DNA of 64,000 nt from Octopus sinensis (GCF_006345805.1 NC_043005.1:73656001-73720000), one strand, 5' to 3'. Counted from the stretch's first letter, positions 13,445-26,813 are shown. A program made the numbers and translations. The notes: generated from the sequence alone by a model not told the origin.

Positions 13445-13854
13445 CATGCATGAATACTTACATATTCATATAAGATGAATATATACATAAAATTTGAATA
13501 CATTGGTAGATATTAGGTGCATATATAACAGTGACAACGTCAACAAGTGTTTATACGTGAGTTTGTGTGTATTTGTGTTTGCACATGCAGTTAGAGAAAG
13601 TATTATGCTCAAATATAACATTTGGTAAACGTATATGTAATTAAATGGAAGGTTATATGCGTATACTTAAGTATGTATATACATATTCTATTGTGTTTCT
13701 GATAAGCGTTTTCATTAGTACTTAAAGTGCATGCGTATGGTTGTATCTTCGCTTGGCAACCTTGCAGAGCGGCACTTTGTCATGTGATCAATCCAATCCA
13801 ACTTTTGAAGGAAATTAGATAAATAGAAATTGGACTTAGGTAGATAGGGCGGGA

Positions 13855-13927
13855 GAGAGAGAGAGAGAGAGAGATAAATAAAGGGAGATAGAGAGGGAGA
13901 CAGACATAAGGGAGACAGACAGTAAGG

Positions 13928-13961
<34 letters not shown>

Positions 13962-14000
13962 AAAACGGACAGACAGAGAGACAGAGACAGACAGTCAAAC

Positions 14001-14093
<93 letters not shown>
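13855..14093. repeat. Compound (GA)n-(GACA)n-(AGAT)n microsatellite
   Basis: Pure (AGAT)n at about 14001-14093. Confidence 0.95.
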
Positions 14094-15565
14094 TGCTTTT
14101 AGCTAATTTAATCTTCATGATGTTTAACACCTTGAACAGAAGAAAACTGATGATAATTATTTATCTAATGATGACAACATCCTTCATTATTACATGCGTT
14201 ATTTTCTTAATTAAGATAATTTAAGCTAGTGACAGATGAGAACAAATCATTGGGTTCTTCTAATCAGAGAAATCTTTCATCTTAATTCAACCATTTAGCA
14301 GTAACATTTCCTCTTTTACGCCCAACAATATGGCGGACTTGAGTAACCTGATGATTAATTGCTTTCCTGTGCTATGCTGCGACTTTCGAAAGCGTAAAGT
14401 GCAGGAAGCTGTGGCTAAGTGTTACGTCACTGCACATATTTGATCCTTGACGAAGGTCAAAACTGTACAACAATACATAGCTCTGCCTAAGTCACTATTG
14501 ATACACACGTAAATACACACAGACACACAGACACACACACATACATACATACATACATACATACATACATACACATACATATATATATATATGAGAGAGA
14601 AAGAGTAGTAGGTGGAGGAGGAGATTAGAAGGGTGTTGTCACTTAAATTATTGTGGAAGAATATCCATTGCTTAAACTTTAAGTATACCATCGCTGATCA
14701 ATAGAGAAAGCATAACTGAAGTGATGGACATGTTCTTGGTTAATTCCATGATACGTTCTGAGATTTTCTCGATTGAAGAATTTATTCCTTAGAGGGGAAA
14801 AAATAATCAATAAAAGTAATCGGGTTAGCTAATGACATTCCAGACTTCTAAAGCTAACGATTATAAGATTTTGGATCTTATGTTTTGCTGAGACCATATG
14901 TATGAAGTACCTTACTGTTAACTTTAATTAGGTTTCTGTATTAACGATTTCTATGAGTAACACAGGTCTAGAAATTTGAGGTAGAAAAGTATTATAGTTA
15001 ATACTATCTGAATCTAGGACTTGGCTATAGTAGTGTCCTTGGTAGAAGAAATGACAATTTTCAGAGTAGTAATATTTGAACACTTAACGTAAGCAGCTGA
15101 AAACTAAATTCTAAATAAGAACTGTAGTTATTTGCAAAGAATTTTGTCCGGGAATTTTTTTACAAAAAGTTCCATATTTTCTTGATAAACATGATTTCTC
15201 ATTCACATTGTAGCTAGAAATCTTGGGGTCGACTATTTGACTATCGATAACGTGTTGTTGTTGTTCTTAGTTTTTGTTGTTGCTAATTTCTTCTTATTTC
15301 AGTATGACTCACTGAACACACATGGTCATATACATACAGCCCCAAATTAAAGATACTTTTGTAAGTCGTTACTAGAGGTGAGAATAAATTTTCCAATCTG
15401 TTTCTCATTTCTTGAAACAACTAGGTGTAATTTGATAGAGATTTAATTCTACTTTGTGTTCTGTTCGTGTTCGGGGCATTTATTTTCTATGACCTGCATG
15501 AAGTGAGCAAATAAATTCGAATATATATTTCTTTGTCACTGTTTATTTTATCATCACTATATTAT

Positions 15566-15971
15566 ACTTACTTACTTACTTACTTGTTTCAGTCATTTGA
15601 CTGCGGCCATGCTGGAGCACCGCCTTTAATCGAGCAACTCGACCCCGCGACTTATTCTTTTGTGAGCCCAGTACTTATTATATCGGTCTCTTTTGCTGAA
15701 CTGCTAGGTAACGGGGACATAAACACACCAGCATCGGTTGTCAAGCAATGCTAGGGGGACAAACACAGGCACACAAACACACACGCATATATATATATAC
15801 ATATATACGACGGGCTTCTTTTCAGTTTCCGTCTACCAAATCCACTCACAAGGCTTTGGTCGGCCCGAGGCTATAGTAGAAGACACTTGCCCAAAGTGCC
15901 ACGCAGTGGGACTCAACCCGGAACCATGTGGCTGGTAAACAAGCTACTTACCACACAGCCACTCCTGCGCC
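15566..15971 (-). mobile_element. CORE-type tRNA SINE
   Basis: Full head, CORE motif, CAGTC-AAAT-GACTG hairpin, (TAAG)n tail. Confidence 0.92.
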
Positions 15972-16489
15972 ATTATATATTCTTTTCATTATTATATTAT
16001 GGTCTTCTTCATTCCTACATATTATTAATTTATATGTATGTTCCTAGGCATAAGTCACGTTTGACTTTAGTTTTAAATTTTTTTAAATTTTTAATCAATT
16101 AAATTATGACTTGCACGGTAAGGTTCGGCGAATGTTATTTGCAGACCCGCATGTTTGTTCGTTAGCTACATTCGTACTGATAAAATATAGGAATAGTTAT
16201 AGAATTATAAATAAGTTATGGAGAGTCCTGATGATTGGAGTTGCAGTTAAGATATGTTTCTGAAATAGACTGAGGGTATCGGGAACGTTAGACGCACTTC
16301 ATGAAACATGTGTAGAAGAGAAATTTGGAACTGATATAGTATTAAAATAAAATTCTATGATATGGTGTGATGTATATTAGGATTTGATGAATTGGATGGG
16401 GACTTCTATCTCTAAATGACATATATTTCCTTATCGAGCATAATTCAATTTATTTCAATCCAAGTGACGCCGGAATTTTTATTCCCTAA

Positions 16490-16517
<28 letters not shown>

Positions 16518-16520
<3 letters not shown>

Positions 16521-16745
16521 TTCTTTTCTACCCACAAGGGGCTAAACACAAAGGGGACAAACACGGACAGACAAACGGATTAAGTCGATTACATCGCCCC
16601 CCAGTGCGTAACTGGTACTTAATTTATCGACCCCGAAAGGATGAAAGGCGAAGTCGACCTCGGCGGAATTTGAACTCAGAACGTAACAGCAGACGAAATA
16701 CGGCTACGCATTTCGCCCGGCGTGCTAATGTTTCTGCCAGCTCGC
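16518..16745 (-). mobile_element. 184-type tRNA SINE monomer
   Basis: Full head and body ending at (TA)n. Confidence 0.9.
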
Positions 16746-16796
16746 GTTCTTGTCCCATTTTGTATTATATATATACATAAATATATATATATATAT

Positions 16797-16831
<35 letters not shown>

Positions 16832-16884
16832 GGGGGATACATAAATATATATATATACATATATATATATATACATATATATAT

Positions 16885-16920
<36 letters not shown>

Positions 16921-16999
16921 CACGTGATATATATATATATATATATATAATATATATATATATAGCGGCGTACGTACACTTTAGTCTCTTATGTGTACG

Positions 17000-17630
17000 T
17001 ATATATTTATCTAAATCTTGTACGACTCTATTCTTTCTGTCTATCAGCCCTTTCACATTTATTTCGTTCATTATATTCTTCGTTCTTTCGTTCCCCCTCT
17101 CTCACATTTCCTTTCCTCCTCTCTTGCTCACTTCCCCGCCTCTTTTCACTTCACTGTGGCCTTGTCATTTTTTCTCGCCCCTCCTTAATTCTTCTGTCCC
17201 ACTGTCTCTACCTCTCTCTCTTCTCTCTCCACGTGACCGGTATTCGGCCTAGCTTGCCCTTTCTTTCTTAGTTCGTCCGTTGTCTGTACATCTATATTCT
17301 TCCCTGTGCCTGTGAAATATTGTATCCCTGCCGTAAGGCTTTATTTCCACACACGCCAGCTTAATTTAATTCGTCCTTAGTCGAAAGACACCTGTTGTTA
17401 TGTCCTGTTATTTGTATTTGTGTAAAATTCTCCGGTTTTTCCGTCCTTGTTTTCGTATACATTCGCAGTTTCTTTCAAGGAATCTAATGCTCCTAGCCTA
17501 GTTTTTCCCTTGGGGCTGGCCAGATTGGAGCAACCTCGAGTATAACCAGACGAAATTGCAAAGATAATCTGGAACTCAACTGAGGAAAGAAAACTCCGAA
17601 TGACCCGTCCTTGTTCCATTTTGTATTTAT
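17000..17630 (+). mobile_element. Possible PLE-terminal-like element ending CTTGTTCCATTTTGTATT(TA)n
   Basis: The terminus CTTGTYCCATTTTGTATT also occurs at 16749 before (TA)n; degenerate CTGAGGA...CCGAA motif near the end. Confidence 0.3.
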
Positions 17631-17702
17631 ATATATATGTGTGTGTGTGCGTGTGTGTGTTTGTGTGCGCGCGTGTGTGTGTATGTATATTATATATATC
17701 TA

Positions 17703-17750
<48 letters not shown>

Positions 17751-17838
17751 GTATGTAAGTATGTATGTGTACATATATATATGTATATGTATATGTATAG
17801 ATGTATATACATATATATATGTTGGTTACATATATATA

Positions 17839-18207
17839 GGTGCAGAAGTGACGGTGTGGTAAGTAGCTTGTTTACCAACCACATGGTTCCAGGTTCAGTC
17901 CCACTGCATGGCATCTTAGGCAAGCGTCTTCTACTATAGCCTCGGGACGACCAAAGCCTTGTTAGTAGATTTGGTAGACAGAAACTGAAAGAAATGTGTG
18001 TGTTTTTGTGTGTGTTTGCCCCCTCAGCATCGCTTGACAACCGATGCTGGTGTGTTTACATCCCCGTAACTTAGCGGTTCGGCAAAAGAGACCGATAGAA
18101 TAAGTACTAGGCCTACAAAGAATAAGCTCTGTGGTCGATTTACTTGACTAAAGACGGTGCTCTAGCATGACCGTAGTCAAATTACTGAAACAAGTAAAAG
18201 AATAAAA

Positions 18208-18208
<1 letters not shown>
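17839..18208 (+). mobile_element. CORE-type tRNA SINE
   Basis: GGTTCAGTCCC B box, TTAGGCAAGCGTCTT core, GAAACAAGTAAAAGA tail. Confidence 0.9.
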
Positions 18209-18263
<55 letters not shown>

Positions 18264-18341
18264 TATATATATATAATAATAATAATATAATAATAATAAT
18301 AAATATTAGGGAATGAATCCAAAATTACAGGGAGCTGCTCA

Positions 18342-19521
18342 ACCACTCAAATGTGGATGAGATCTACCTCAACTTTGCAAAGGCTTTCGACAAAGTTGAT
18401 CATGAAATGATATGTCTCAAACTGTGTGATCTCGGCATAGTCGGAAAATTGGGAGAATGGTTGTATGACTCTCTGGAAGTTAGAAGTCAAGCAGTAGCAG
18501 CCAATGTGGCCACCTCCAATGACACGCAATGGCCCTCTCAGATATACCCTCAGCCACACAGAGAGTCCCGATCACAAGTTATGCAGATGATACAAAAGTC
18601 TCACAGGTGATGCAAAACCCTGAAGACGCTATGTACCAGCAACATGAGTTAGATGAAACATGCAAATGGGCTAAGAAGACTAACATGCAGTTTAATGCTG
18701 AAAATTTTCAAACCCTATGCTATCAGCATGCAAAACTAAATGCAATACCAATTGAATACTCTGGACCTGGAGGAATTGAAATCTCAGAGACACAATCAGT
18801 GCGAGACCTAGGTATTTACATGAGTAATGATGCATCCTTCCATCTGCTTGTTGCTAAGTTGGCAATGAAAAAGCAGGCAGCTGACCGGATGGATTCTTAG
18901 AACTTTGATTACGAGAGATCAGGACCATAATGGTCCTCTGGAGGACATTTGTCCAAAGCCGCTTTGACTATTGGTCCCAGCTATGGTCAGCTACCAGTGT
19001 AAAAATTAATTGCAGAACTTGAGGCAATCCAACGAAGTTACACGAAGATAACTTCTATGCAGCATATAAGCTACTGGGAAAGACTCAATAGATTGAGACT
19101 CTATTAACTGGAGTCTAGGCAGGAAAGATATGCTGTAATATATATCTGGAAGATCCTGGTGGGACTTGTCCCAAACTTTGGCATTGAGAGTTACACTAAC
19201 TGCATTGTGCCAAAGACTCCAACTTTGCCGTCAAAATATAGGACACGATACTGCAGTAACCTGGGCTTTAAAGGACCACAGCTCTTCAATATATTACCAA
19301 AGGATCTGAGAGACCTGCATAGAGTGGATGTAGGTATCTTCAAAACGAAACTAAATATCTACCAAGAGTCCCTGCTGAACCAACTTCACAGCAGGGAGTG
19401 CAAATGAGGGCAGCGGTGTCAAACTCCCTCATGCACCAAATGTCAAGTTCCAAAATGAATTAGTGAAGTAAAAATTATGTAGCAATGCGGTGCCCCAGTA
19501 TGGCCACAGCTCGTGAAGTGA
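18342..19521 (+). pseudogene. 5'-truncated, decayed CR1-group LINE (RT C-terminal half + 3' UTR)
   Basis: Translates as DEIYLNFAKAFDKVDH, YADDTK, VRDLGIYMS, GFKGPQLFNILPK; frameshifted; homologous to 39022-40223. Confidence 0.9.
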
Positions 19522-19544
19522 CACTGCTTCACTTCAGTTCAATT

Positions 19545-19752
<208 letters not shown>

Positions 19753-19934
19753 TATGCGTGTGCATGTCTTATATATGTATTCATAGCAAAAATATAAGAG
19801 CGTATCAAGAATTCTGAAATACCAGTGTCTTCATTATATTCCAATTCGTCAGAATTTTTACAACGCATTATTCACAGACCAATAATGATTACAGCAACAT
19901 AGTCGCCTTAAGGATATTTGTCGCGAGAAAGAGC

Positions 19935-20160
19935 TCGTTGATGACGATGAGAAGGAAGAGGAGGAGGATGGGAGGTGATTACGGTGGTGGTAGTGGCAGT
20001 GGTGATATTGGTTGTGGTTATTCTTGTGATATTGTTTGTGGGGAAGATGAGAAAGGGAAGAACGAGGAGCAAAAGAAAGGGAGCGATCTGGATGAGGGAG
20101 GGATGACGGTGTTGCTAATACCGGTTGTGGTTCTCATCGTGATGTTGTTTGTGTTGATGA

Positions 20161-20194
<34 letters not shown>

Positions 20195-20250
20195 GGTGGT
20201 GGTGGTAGTTGTGGTGAGGTGGGTCGGTGGAGGTGGGGAATGATGATGAC
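19935..20250. repeat. Low-complexity (GAT)n/(GGT)n purine-rich tract
   Basis: (GAT)n followed by (GGT)n; source of ORFs 19938..20243 and 20018..20338. Confidence 0.85.
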
Positions 20251-21849
20251 GAGATGACACAAATAAACAGCAGAATGGCAAAAGTGTTAGTCGTTTTGAC
20301 ATTTTCATTTTATAATCATTCAAAATAAAACGTATCAAAATAAAATTTATTTAGCCATAACAAACAACTCATTATTTTGTAATCCAACCACTGCTGTTGA
20401 AGTTGATGTAAGCTGTGCACGTGCATTAATCAACAAGCTGTTTTTAACAAACAGAAGACCGAAGAAGGAAATACCAAAAAAAAAATAAGTGAGAAAATAT
20501 TCGTAAGCGATACATAAATTAAGGAGAAAAATTGCTTGAAGATTAAAGAGAATATTTCGAATTCGTCTGCAAGTATGTAAGAAATGGTTCTATTTCCACT
20601 TAATTATTGTCTCATGTAGACTTGGGGATTTAGACAGGAAAGAAGCGAAGGCTGTATAGAATGAGAAACATTGAGGTAAATGCTATATAGGTCAATGGAT
20701 GTTTAGCATTCATTTTATACGAAATACTATCCTACATAATTTTTTCTAAATCTTCATATAATTATATCTGTTTAGCCAAGAGAGTTGTTTTGGCGGAAGA
20801 TTTATCTGTTGCAGTGTTTAGGAAACAAATTCTCTCAATAAGTATTTCTGACTTGGATAAGAGCGTTTAAAATGTGATCAACTATCATTAAATTTTAGCC
20901 CCTATTATGCAGAAGGAAAAACTTATGCATTAATTGGGGGAAAAAATTTATATCCATAATTATACAGGCAAAAAGAATATTTTTGAGACAATTTCCACTC
21001 TATATATATGGTTCAAACTATATATATATAGTTCAATTTCTACTCTATATAGCTCAAAAGATTAGTTAAATAGCGGGTGGCTCATCGGTGTAGGATAAAT
21101 CTAAGATATTTGTACATAAAACAGTAACAGGCTCTATTACGCTTAGTCCTTTATGAAAGGTGGCTGAAGACAGGTATTCATAGAATGAGCGGCATTCTGT
21201 CCATCTCTGTAAATGAAGTGCTTTTAATATATACTATAATATACGTACATTCGTTCCAGATGTTTAGATCTGTCGTGTATTTTCATGCACAACTATATCG
21301 TTATTCTGAATGTCTAATGATTTTGTGAGTTCTCTCGTGAGCGTATTTCCATAAAACGGTCACCGCAATAACCCACCCAGGTACTTCCTTAACGAATAAT
21401 ACTTGCCTAGTTAACTATATTAACTTTTCGAAGACCAATTCACTGGTGTGTCGATGCCAAAATCTCATATCGGATCGATAGTAAACAGTTTTAAGAGAAG
21501 GCACTACTGCCATTGATTACCCTAGACAGGATGCATTCTAGAAGTTTGTTCAACTGTATATGGCAGAAACGAAAAGTCAGTGACAGTATATTCGAAATAT
21601 CACGAGACACCATGGAGTCCGCACCCATGACATACAAATTCTAGAGCTAATCACAAACATTAACTCAGAGAAAGTTGTGTTGCTTCTCCAAGTTGAAAAC
21701 TATCTGATCATTGAGAATAAACCACTTCTCTCTCGTTTGCACGAATTCAGAAATTTGACCCAAAATTTAAAACGTGTCTCGACTTAATTAGATTAATTCA
21801 CTTATTGCGGTAAAGTCCTTGAAATATATTATGACGCCTCTGCAATATA

Positions 21850-22183
21850 GAAACTAGCACTCTAGCTGGCTTACGATGACGAGGGTTCCAGTTAATCCGA
21901 TCAACGGAACAGCTTGCTTGTGAGACTAACGTGCAAGTGGCTGAGCACTCCGCAGACACGCGTACCCCTTCACATACTTTTCAGGGACATTTAGCGTGAC
22001 ACAGAGTGTGACAAGATTGGCCCTTTGAAATACATGTAGTATTTTTACAATTTTTACAGTTGAATGGACTGGAGCAACGTAAAATAAAGTGTCTTGCTCA
22101 AAGATACAATGCACTGCCGAGAATCGAACTCGCGACCCTTCGATTGCGAGCCGAATACCCTAACCACTAAGCCATGCGCTTTC
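21850..22183 (-). mobile_element. SINE: second tRNA-CORE head + 3' module A
   Basis: Head GCATGGCTTAGTGGTTAGGG..GAGTTCGATTCTC, CORE TTGAGCAAGACACTTTATTT, then the module A body. About 22-bp TSD ATATTATG(AC)GCCTCTGCAATATA at 21826-21849 and 22184-22204. Confidence 0.85.
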
Positions 22184-22234
22184 ATATTATGCCTCTGCAA
22201 TATATTACCACTGAAAAACAGCGAGATGACAGAA

Positions 22235-22405
22235 TCATAAGAACACTGGGAAAAATGTTTAGCGGCATTTTGTGCATCATTTCGTGTGTGACTTTCAACC
22301 TTTCGGGTTTGATAGGATAAGTACCCGTTGAGCACATGGGACGAATTTAATCGACTTACCCACTCACCCGAAATTGCTGGCCTTGCACCAAAATTTGAAC
22401 CCAAC
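22235..22405 (+). mobile_element. Degraded 184-type SINE
   Basis: GACTTTCAACCTTTCGGG..AAGTACC..AATCGACTT..TGGCCTTG..CCAAAATTTGAA. Confidence 0.55.
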
Positions 22406-22689
22406 ATGTCACCACTAAACCTTAATTCCAGCATCACCACTTCTCTTTCTTTACACTTGGTACTACCCATTTCATTTTCCTTCTCCTTCTTGATCCGCTC
22501 TACTTCTCAATTCCCCTCTTCTCATTCGCATTTTCATCCTACCCCAATCCCAGTTACTGAGGTTAACCAGTGTTATGCAACGCGCACAAAAAACACTTTT
22601 TCTTGCTTCTTCAAAATGATATAAGTTGACCAACATCCGGAATTTTAAGCTCATTCAGAGAGATACAATTTTAAATATTCACATATCAT

Positions 22690-22995
22690 GTGATCACGTG
22701 ACCGACAAGCTATCGGATGTTGCTACAGATCGCTGGTCACACTGCGCTTCGCATTGTTTTAGCCTTCAAATGACGCCACCCGGCTGGGTAAGCAAGCAGA
22801 CAAACAGAAGAAAGAGTGAGAGAAAATTGTGGCGAAAGAGTACAGCCGGGATTGCCACCACCCTCTACCGGAGTCTCGTGGAGCTTTTAGGTGTTTTCGC
22901 TCAATAAACACTCACAACGCCCGGTCTGGGAATCGAAACTGCGATCCTACGACCGCGAGTCCGCTGCCCTAATCACTGAGGCATTGCGCCTCTAC
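22690..22995 (-). mobile_element. SINE: head A + 3' module B
   Basis: Head matches 1492-1881 up to the pyrimidine tract, then switches to the module seen at 11525. Confidence 0.85.
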
Positions 22996-23218
22996 ACAAA
23001 TATAAACATGTTTATTCACACACAGATTAAAAGCCCACATATATTTTGATACTATGTACAGTTACATAACCCCATGAACATGAATCTCTTGCGTATTGCA
23101 ACAAAATCTTATTTAAATTTATGTTCTTTGAATGTTTTTTACACCGCTAGTAATCATTATCATTCTAATTTATTTTTTTAAGTATATATTTGTATGAGTA
23201 TTTTTTTTATTTATGCGC

Positions 23219-23531
23219 CCTTTTCAAGCCTAGTCAGGCTCATGGGCCCAGTTTCCCGGTTTCTGTGGCGTATGTGTCCTGCCCTCCCCACCCCCACCCA
23301 GCTGGACGGGACGCCAGTCCATCGCAGCGTTACTCAAGAAGCAGGAAGAAAGATCGAGAGAAAGTTGGGGCGAAAGTGTACAACAGCGGTCGCCACGACC
23401 CTCTGTCAGAGCCTCGTGGAGCTTTTAGGTGTTTTCGCTCAATAAACACAGACAACGCCCGGTCTAGGAATCGAAACCGCGATCCACCGACCACGAGTTC
23501 GCTGCCCTAACCACTCGGCCATTTTGCCTCC
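23219..23531 (-). mobile_element. SINE: head A + 3' module C (V-domain-like)
   Basis: Head A, then CTGCGATGGACTGGCGTCCCGTCCAG and tail ACAGAAACCGGG..AGCCT-GACT-AGGCT. Confidence 0.85.
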
Positions 23532-23564
23532 AAAGAGTATATTAGGGTGGACACAAATCATGTG

Positions 23565-23950
23565 TAGTCTGTAAGCAGCAGGGGAAATGTGATACCATTG
23601 AGATGGAAGGTAGAGGGTCAATTCATCTGCAGGTCTTACAACATGCTTGGTATCAGAGGGATTAGCAGGCAGAAAACCATCAGGTTTTGCTGAGGAAGCT
23701 GTGGGGATTGCCACAAGGTAGCTGTAAATTAGCCCCTGGTGGGTAATAAAGAAATTACAAGGTAACTGTAAATCAGGCAGTGCGCGCTCTAGAAGAGTCA
23801 GTGCTATTCCAGGTATGATACTAACTTCACGCAAGCTGAGGGCTTGGTCAACCCTGACTGGAACACCTAGGTGAAAGTGGCTGATACCAATATACTGCTC
23901 CCCAGTAGATATCGCTGATGATGTGACCAGGCGAAGGATGGAAAAAAACT
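23565..23950 (+). mobile_element. 3' end of a HERO/NeSL-type (RLE) non-LTR retrotransposon
   Basis: Broken frames give CKQQG-KCDTIEMEGRG, CRSYNMLGIRGISRQKTIR and AEEAVGIATR, resembling the RLE C-terminus (PIEVGCRGF..LCRAYNMLGI.G..RRKAI..A.EAAE.ASRWLW, recalled consensus). 3' UTR contains ATCGCTGATGATGTG. Confidence 0.6.
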
Positions 23951-24068
23951 TTCACAAAATTTCACTGGAAAATTTATTGTCGGATTTGAACACTCAACCG
24001 AACAATTAGCAATTTATACTTTATCATTTAATTTCAAATAGTTTTACTCTATTAATACTCACTTAATC

Positions 24069-24299
24069 GGCGGCGAGCTGGCAGACACGTGAACACGTCG
24101 GGCGAAATGCGTAGCCGTATTTCATCTGCCATTACGTTTTGAGTTCAAATTCCGCCGAGGTCGACTTTGCCTTTCATCCTTTCGGGGTCGATAAATTAAG
24201 TACTAGTTACGCACTGGGTCGATGTAATCGACTTAATCCGTTTGTCTGTCCTTCTTTGTCCCCTTTGTGTTTAGCCCCTTTATGGGTAGTAAAGAAATA
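24069..24299 (+). mobile_element. 184-type tRNA SINE monomer
   Basis: GGCGGCGAGCTGGCAG head, GAGTTCAAATTCC B box, ends GGGTAGTAAAGAAATA. Confidence 0.92.
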
Positions 24300-25099
24300 T
24301 ATTACTAACTTGAATACGAACAATTTTCATACCCACAATTTTTACCACGTTATCCTATAAAGACATAGTCGCTTAACTTTTTTTAAAAGTTTCATAATTC
24401 ATAAATGCATTTTGTATTTTATTTATTTTTTTAATTATACATAATGTATTTAATTTTCCTCTGCAGACAATTTTTATAATGTATCTTATGTAACAAGGGT
24501 ACATTAGTACTGATACAAATCATCCGTAATAGTTGCTGTGTAGAAATTTCACTAAAATTTCTGACCGGAGAGAAAATGACGATTTAAGTGTGCAATTAAC
24601 AAATTTACAATTTATCATGCACTCTCAGTTTCGTTTAAATTCCAATTTTCAAGCAACACATAGACCTTCCCTTGAGCCAATAATTGTTCATTACAAGTAA
24701 CACAAAGTTTGTTTTCCATTTCCTTTTCGCATTTCGTCTATTGTCTGCTTTTATTTCACCTGGAGCTTCTTTGTCTTCGGACTACTACCTACGTATATAT
24801 TAGTCATCTATGTCGCACTTCATAACAAGTATGGTGGTTGAAAATACGAAATTCGAATAACAAGCTGCGAAGTGGTAATATATATAAGTCGTAAAATATA
24901 TAAATTTTAAATTCCGTTTTTCCGTATAGGAATCGAAAAGTAAATTAAGTAAAAGGCTGCAAAGCAAAGTGTTCAAGTAAAAACTGAGTCAAAAGACTAA
25001 CTTAGTTGTTAAAAAAATAAACAACATAGTTGGTCATTCAACTTCAAATCATTCCCATATACGGGGAGAGAGAGAGAGAGAAAGAGACAGATACTACCA

Positions 25100-25500
25100 A
25101 CCGAAAATTCCGCATACCAGACACACTAACAGGCCTTCATCTCGACGGCATAATTGTGCACCAGCCCGACTCACTGAGATCAGGCCCTGTTTGCTAGATT
25201 AACTGGTTTTTAGACTTTACTGTATATTCATCTAGCCATTGCTCGTCACTCCTTAACAAAATCTTCGGCTTTCCTTCTGCATTGAAGCCTGGATATAAAT
25301 CATGACGGTATTTGCTTAATGATGAGTTATGCCTAGCAACAACCATCGCTTCACACGCACTGTGTCCAACGAATCATCCACATGTAACTCCGATTGGAAA
25401 ATATTTTGCTTTCCAGCTTGCGTCTTCACAGTCCTTGAGGAGGTGTTTATAACGGTCGATATTTCGAGTCCATATTATCTTCATGAGGAACCGTTAACTT
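25100..25500 (-). mobile_element. Second HERO/NeSL-type RLE LINE 3' fragment (different subfamily)
   Basis: Minus-strand frames give KLTVPHEDNMDS, RYKHLLKDCEDASWKAKYFPIGVTCG*FVGHS and KRWLLLGITHH*ANTVM; LTVP.E is the RLE catalytic-region motif. Confidence 0.65.
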
Positions 25501-25505
25501 TCTAT

Positions 25506-25932
25506 TTTTACTCTTTTACTTGTTTCAGTCATTTGACTGCGGCCATGCTGAAGCACTGCCTTTAGTCGAGCAAATAGACCCCGGGACTTATTCTTTGTAA
25601 GCCCAGTACTTATTGTATCGGTCGCTTTTGCCGAACCGCTAAGTGACAGGGACGTAAACACACCAGCATCGGTTGTCAAGTAATGCTAAGGGGACAAACA
25701 CAGACACACAAACATATACACACACATACATACATATATATATATATATTATATATATATATATATATATACGACAGGCTTCTTTCAGTTTCCGTCTACC
25801 AAATCCACTCACAAGGCATTATTCGGCCCGGGGCTATAGCAGAAGACACTTGCCCAAGATGCCACGCAGTGGGACTGAACTCGGAACCATGTGGTTGGTA
25901 AGCAAGCTACTTACCACACAGCCACTCCTGCG
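25506..25932 (-). mobile_element. CORE-type tRNA SINE
   Basis: Full-length with internal (CA)(TA) tract; truncates the RLE fragment. Confidence 0.92.
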
Positions 25933-26221
25933 CTTTAATTTTTATTTGTTTGTTTGATTTTGTTTTTTGCTCTTGTTTTTGTTTCTTTTTACAGTGAGTT
26001 GGTGAGAGCGGAATATGCTCAGTATAGACAAATAGATATCAGAGTGTAGTAATCAAGTGAATTTGGCTTCATCGAAGGCAAGGCCTGCGACACCAAAAGT
26101 GAGTATTTGATGGGAAATCCAAATCGAGCCAAGGGAAATAAACACAATTAGGATTGGTACGTATGTTTAAATGGAGCACAATAAAATGTAAAGAATAAGA
26201 ATTAAGAAAAATAGAGAAAGC

Positions 26222-26783
26222 GTGACAGAGAGAGAAAGAGACAGAGAGAGAAGGCGAATCAGAGAAAGAGACAGAGAGAGAAAGAGAGACAGAGAGAGAA
26301 AGGGACAGAGAGAGAAAGAGACAGAGAGAGAGAAATCGGGACAGAGAGAGAAAGCGAGACAGAGAGAGAAAGCGGGACAGAGAGAGAAAGAGACAGAGAG
26401 AGAAGGCGATTCAGAGAAAGAGACAGAGAGAGAGAAGGAGAGACAGAGAGAGAAAGGGACAGAGAGAGAAAGAGACAGAGAGAGAAAGCGGGACAGAGAG
26501 AGAAAGCGAGACAGAGAGAGAAGGCGAGTCAGAGAAAGAGACAGAGAGTGAGAAAGAGAGACAGAGAGAGAAAGGGACAGAGAGAGAAAGAGACAGAGAG
26601 AGAAAGCGAAATAGAAAGAGAAGGCGAGATAGAGAGAGAAAGCGAAACAAAGAGAGAAAGTGAGACAGAGAGAGAAAACGAGATAGAGAGAGAGAGAGAG
26701 GCAGAGAGAAAAAGCGTGACAGACAGAGAAAGAGACGGAAAGAGAAAGAGAGACAAAGAGAGAAAGAGACACTGAGAGAGAGA
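26222..26783. repeat. GA-rich minisatellite (16-18-nt GACAGAGAGAGAAAG.. units with a recurring 30-nt variant)
   Basis: Repeated GACAGAGAGAGAAAG(A/GG/CGA/CGG); variant GAAGGCGANTCAGAGAAAGA three times. Confidence 0.9.
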
Positions 26784-26813
26784 GTACTTGTGTAATGTTT
26801 TTTATCCTTTATG

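Noticed and set aside
17570-17620. CTGAGGA..CTCCGAAT..GTC hammerhead-like motif
   Set aside because: GAAA is broken, and the bases of stems I, II and III do not pair; at best a relic.
26222-26551. RDRERK-rich ORF resembling an SR/RNA-binding protein
   Set aside because: Direct product of the GA minisatellite; no flanking exon evidence.
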